Shown here in pieces: positions 60,334 through 64,000 of a stretch of 64,000 nt of DNA. The stretch covers positions 65,040,001 to 65,104,000 of the forward strand of contig CM052816.1 in assembly GCA_028534125.1 (NCBI GenBank). The letters are read 5' to 3'. The position numbers and the translations under genes are program-made. The DNA is from Lama glama. Lineage: Eukaryota. The notes beneath the pieces were generated by a model. It did no database searches and had not been told where the DNA came from. It worked only from the letters and a program-made list of their open reading frames with translations. The stretch's first letter is position 1, and every line of letters starts with the position of its first letter.

Positions 60334-62374
60334 AAAAAATGTATTGAAAATGTAAACTGTGGATTTGGGAGTAATGATTTTGCAAATTGGAGTGGGATTT
60401 TTAAAAAAGAAGGTATTTCATTTACAAGTGAGAAAAGTATATTTCTTTGTCTGAAAAGTGTATTAATGCTAATATTCTCCAATCACCTATACATTTTTAG
60501 CTTTGGTATTTCATCTCATCTCAGTATTTGAAAATAATCAAATTAGATTGAGAAAGCCCAGGAACACAAAGTCATTTCTGTACAAATTTTTGCTTCTTTG
60601 AGCCAAGCCAGACCCAGACTATTGCCTCCTTGGTGACACTTCCTAGGCTGCCTCTAGAGATGCTTGTTCTCATTGTCAGGCACTGGGGACCTGGCACAGG
60701 TACATCAGAAGAGCATGCTTTTATACACAGTGAACTTTTAAACTAAAAAAAATTTTTCCTCAGTGTTATTGTTGTTATATCATTTGTGTAGTATTAGGAA
60801 AAGTAAACACTAATTTATAAGGGAAAAAATCTATGCTGTGTAGAACTCTTAAAGTGGACTCCAATTTTCAGCAGAATAAGTGCATCTGACAATAAAGTAT
60901 CCGCAGAAAAGGTAGATTTTCAGTTAGTGGGTTCAGCAAGTATGGGTAGATCACTGTAAGAAACTGTTGAAATTTTAGCAGAAGAGGATTTTCAGCTATA
61001 AAATTCAAGGAAATGTCCATCAGTAGACTTTTTAATAATTATTTCAAATTTCTTTTACATATCTGGCATCATAAGTGCTTTTGACAGCAAGTTGAATTCA
61101 GGCTATAATTTTCAGCCTTGGTTGTCTTAAATATCATCACTTCAGATCTAGCTTAATTTTTTTCAAATACTTAGCTCTGTAGTTTCTGTTTTATTTACAA
61201 GTAGAGGAGGGACCACTGTGATGAATACATTTTGATTTATGTTTTCTCATTCTATTTCATAGAGCAAATAAGGATTGTTTTTTATTGGTTTGCCTTGTTG
61301 TATCTTTGCAAAATGTCTTTTCAGAAAATAAATTTTAAATATTCATTTTAATACTATTACTTGTGACCCTACGTTGGTTCTGTGCTGTTAAATCTTAAGT
61401 GCATGAGTCTTACAGATGAGCAGTAATTTTAGTGACATTTTAATGTCAGATCCTCTCCTTAGCAGCATTTTTGCATACTGTGTGCAAGATATATTTTAGG
61501 ATTTTTTTTTAACATAAGATGTGTTGAGAAATGATTTTTGACACAACTTGCTCTCTTGGACTAATGATATTTTAAAAATACTATTGTGCTTTACTCTTGA
61601 ATAACATATTGCACTCAGAGACAGAAAACTGGGTTTCTGTCATGCCATGTTTAACTGGTATTGATCTGGCTCAGCTAGTTACTTATTACTTTGCCCTAAA
61701 TGTTTAGTAGACTACACCTAGCCCTATAAGGGTATAGGGGGATAATGGGCCCAGAAGTTACAGAAGTTGCGTCAACATGCTATTAAGCTGTGGTCAGCTT
61801 CTCCCTCAAGGGCTGCAACCCCCTTAAGACAACTTCCTTTTTATGGCGTTGCAAAGCATAGGAACTTCTGAGGAAGGGACCTGCTGCAGGGATGGGGTTA
61901 GGGGTTTTCTTGCTCAGAGGATAGACTTTGTGTTATGGTGGACTGTGACTGACCCTTTCCTGCTGTGGCTCGGGCCCAGTACACCCATCAGTTACAGTCT
62001 TTATGAAAAGACAGAAGCTCAGTGGAGGACTTTGGAGGCACGTACTCATTCTCTGGTGGTGCTCCTGGCTGGGTGGATGCCAGCCCCTCCCTCATCAGGT
62101 ATGGTGCCATTGCCTGGAAAGTGGTTAGAGACAAAAGTAGTGATGCCGATGTGTGAGGCTATTGACTTTAGGACGTGCTGAAGTTAGAGTGATCTAGAAG
62201 GTTCTTATTGTAATCAGACAGCAGGCAGATAAGATGATTTTAATACTAGGATTAACCCAAGTCAGGATATGAGAGCTTGATGATATACTTGTTTGGGATA
62301 AAATACTGGTGAGACAAATACGTTTTAAAAAAGAAAGATTAGAAGAGTCATGAAAGAATTGTGAGTATCCAGCT

Positions 62375-63240
62375 TCTTCTCACTGTTTCGTTTGCTCCCA
62401 CCCAAGTCTAAGTTACCATGATCTCACCCCTGAGTTAAATACCCTCCTCACTAAGCTCCCTATATCCACCCTGCCCCCTGGAGGCTGCCCTCCACACCAC
62501 TGAAAATGCAAATCAGGTTTTGCCGCTCCTCTGTCCAAACTTTTCAAGGGCTCCGCATCTCACTAGCAGTGAGACAGAAAGTCTTTACTGTGGCTGACTC
62601 GGCATTCCTGAGTCTGCCTCTGGCCCTCTTCTTTGCCCTCCCTCTCTGCCCTCATCTCACACCACTCTTATTCTCATTTACTCCACTTGGGTCCCTCTGT
62701 TCTCCTTGCTGTTCCTTGAATATGCCATCCACCCTCCCTTCTCAGAACCTTTCCACATACATATTTATCTCATATTTATCACCATGAGTCCTCCAGATAG
62801 TCACATCACCTCCTTTTTCATTTCATTCCCGTTTCTGTTCAAACAGCACATTCTAAGAGATGCTTTTGTGGCCATGGTATCCAAATGGCACACTCACACC
62901 CATGTCATCACTTTCTACCTGCTTATCCTGCCTTTTCTTCATAGCACTTAGCACCAACTGTCATATTCTATTAAGTTGAACCATGTGAAATTGCCTTTTT
63001 GTGGGTCGAGAAGAGTCAAATATTGGCCATTTCATATAATTCAACCTAAATATATTTATTAATTTATAATTTTTATGTCAACCTAAAATATATTTATTAA
63101 TTTGTTTATTATTTTTATTCTTTCCCCTGTACTAAGATTTAAACCCTTTGAGTCCAGGGGTGAGATTTGTTTTGGGCAACACCCCCACTGTCTAGAATAT
63201 AGCAGGAACTTAGAAAAGCTGTATGGAATGAATGAAAAGA
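62375..63240 (+). mobile_element. L2 fossil ending in a (tgaa)-type tail, interrupted by MADE2
   Basis: cttctcactg...ccaagtctaagttaccatgatctcacc; ttttcttcatagcacttagcacc; tctagaatatagcagg...gaatgaatgaa. Confidence 0.8.
62971..63049. mobile_element. MADE2-like mariner MITE (~80 bp)
   Basis: TA|ttaagttgaaccatgtgaaattgcc-tttttgtgggtcgagaagagtcaaatatt-ggccatttcatataattcaacctaa. The imperfect ~25-bp TIRs match MADE2 (TTAGGTTGAACCATATGAAATTGCC). Confidence 0.85.
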
Positions 63241-64000
63241 AAGAAGAAAAGCTGATGAAATTTGTTGATAGTGAGCAAATTAAACTCATATGAAAAGTGG
63301 TCTGTGCTTAGAGATTCTAGAAAAATATGTTTGGAGGAGCTCCTGAGAGAGTCCAGGAAAATCAAGGGACTTATTTGGATTCATGTAAATTACAGTGTAA
63401 AGTTTCTATTTAATTGGAATTCTGGGCTATGTATGGATCTTGAGTTTTTTTCCATATGGTTTCCTGAAACTGAGACTAAGAGGGATAAAACAAATTTTGG
63501 ATAAAACACTTTTGAGCTTAAAAAGTCTCACAGTAGCTAAGTTAGAACAATTTAGCTTGCCAATTGTGTTATAGTTGATTTTTACTTGAGAAAATAAGTT
63601 ATTTTTTACTTTCAGTTCTAGAAACATGACTGATAATTTTAATATTGTTCCTTGTGCAAACACTTAGAAATAATAGATAAAATAAACAACCTCTTTCATG
63701 CATATCCAATCTGCAAGGAAATAGAGGCATCACCATGAGTCAGAAATAAAAATGGAATTGAAAACCTCAGGGACAACCATGCAAACTGATGTTGTGGCTG
63801 CTCTTGGGAGGATGTAATTAGTCTCCCTAAACCAAGGGCATAAGTTTCAACAACCATATGGAGATAGGGAATGAAAAAATCTGACTGTAGTTTGGAACAC
63901 AGATCTTTAGACAAATTTGTGATCTTTCAATGAGGGGCTCTAGAAAAAAATCCACCATTAACACATAAAAGATAAGAAAGTTGTGTCTTAGAGAATAATA

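Noticed and set aside
1..64000. CRISPR array, operon, endogenous viral gene or other novel system
   Set aside because: I saw no regularly spaced repeat-spacer array, long intact ORF, or viral-like coding sequence. The direct repeats are explained by TSDs, dispersed transposon copies or small local duplications.

Overview
Mammalian genomic DNA, almost certainly a camelid (camel, llama or alpaca lineage): it carries three copies of a tRNA-Ala-derived SINE that I recognise as the camelid vic-1 type, plus young L1 3' ends. The window is AT-rich and repeat-dense, and looks intronic or intergenic. I could not identify any host-gene coding exon or RNA gene. The ORFs I can recognise are broken transposon reading frames (Tigger1 transposase, L1 ORF2); the rest look like chance frames. 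Roughly half the sequence is transposon fossils: L1 of several ages, L2, CR1/L3, MIR, MaLR (MLT1) solo LTRs, a near full-length Tigger1, and Tigger2, MADE2, MER5 and MER103 MITEs. Several have clear nesting and target-site duplications (TSDs). There is a 500-N placeholder gap at 29004-29503. The unique sequence holds a few candidate regulatory signals (a strong CTCF motif, a perfect DR4 element, CpG-retaining patches, an octamer/homeobox-rich block) and a few weak + strand exon candidates. I found no convincing novel biological system. Repeat subfamily names come from memory of consensus sequences, not from a search, and boundaries without a TSD or TIR are approximate.
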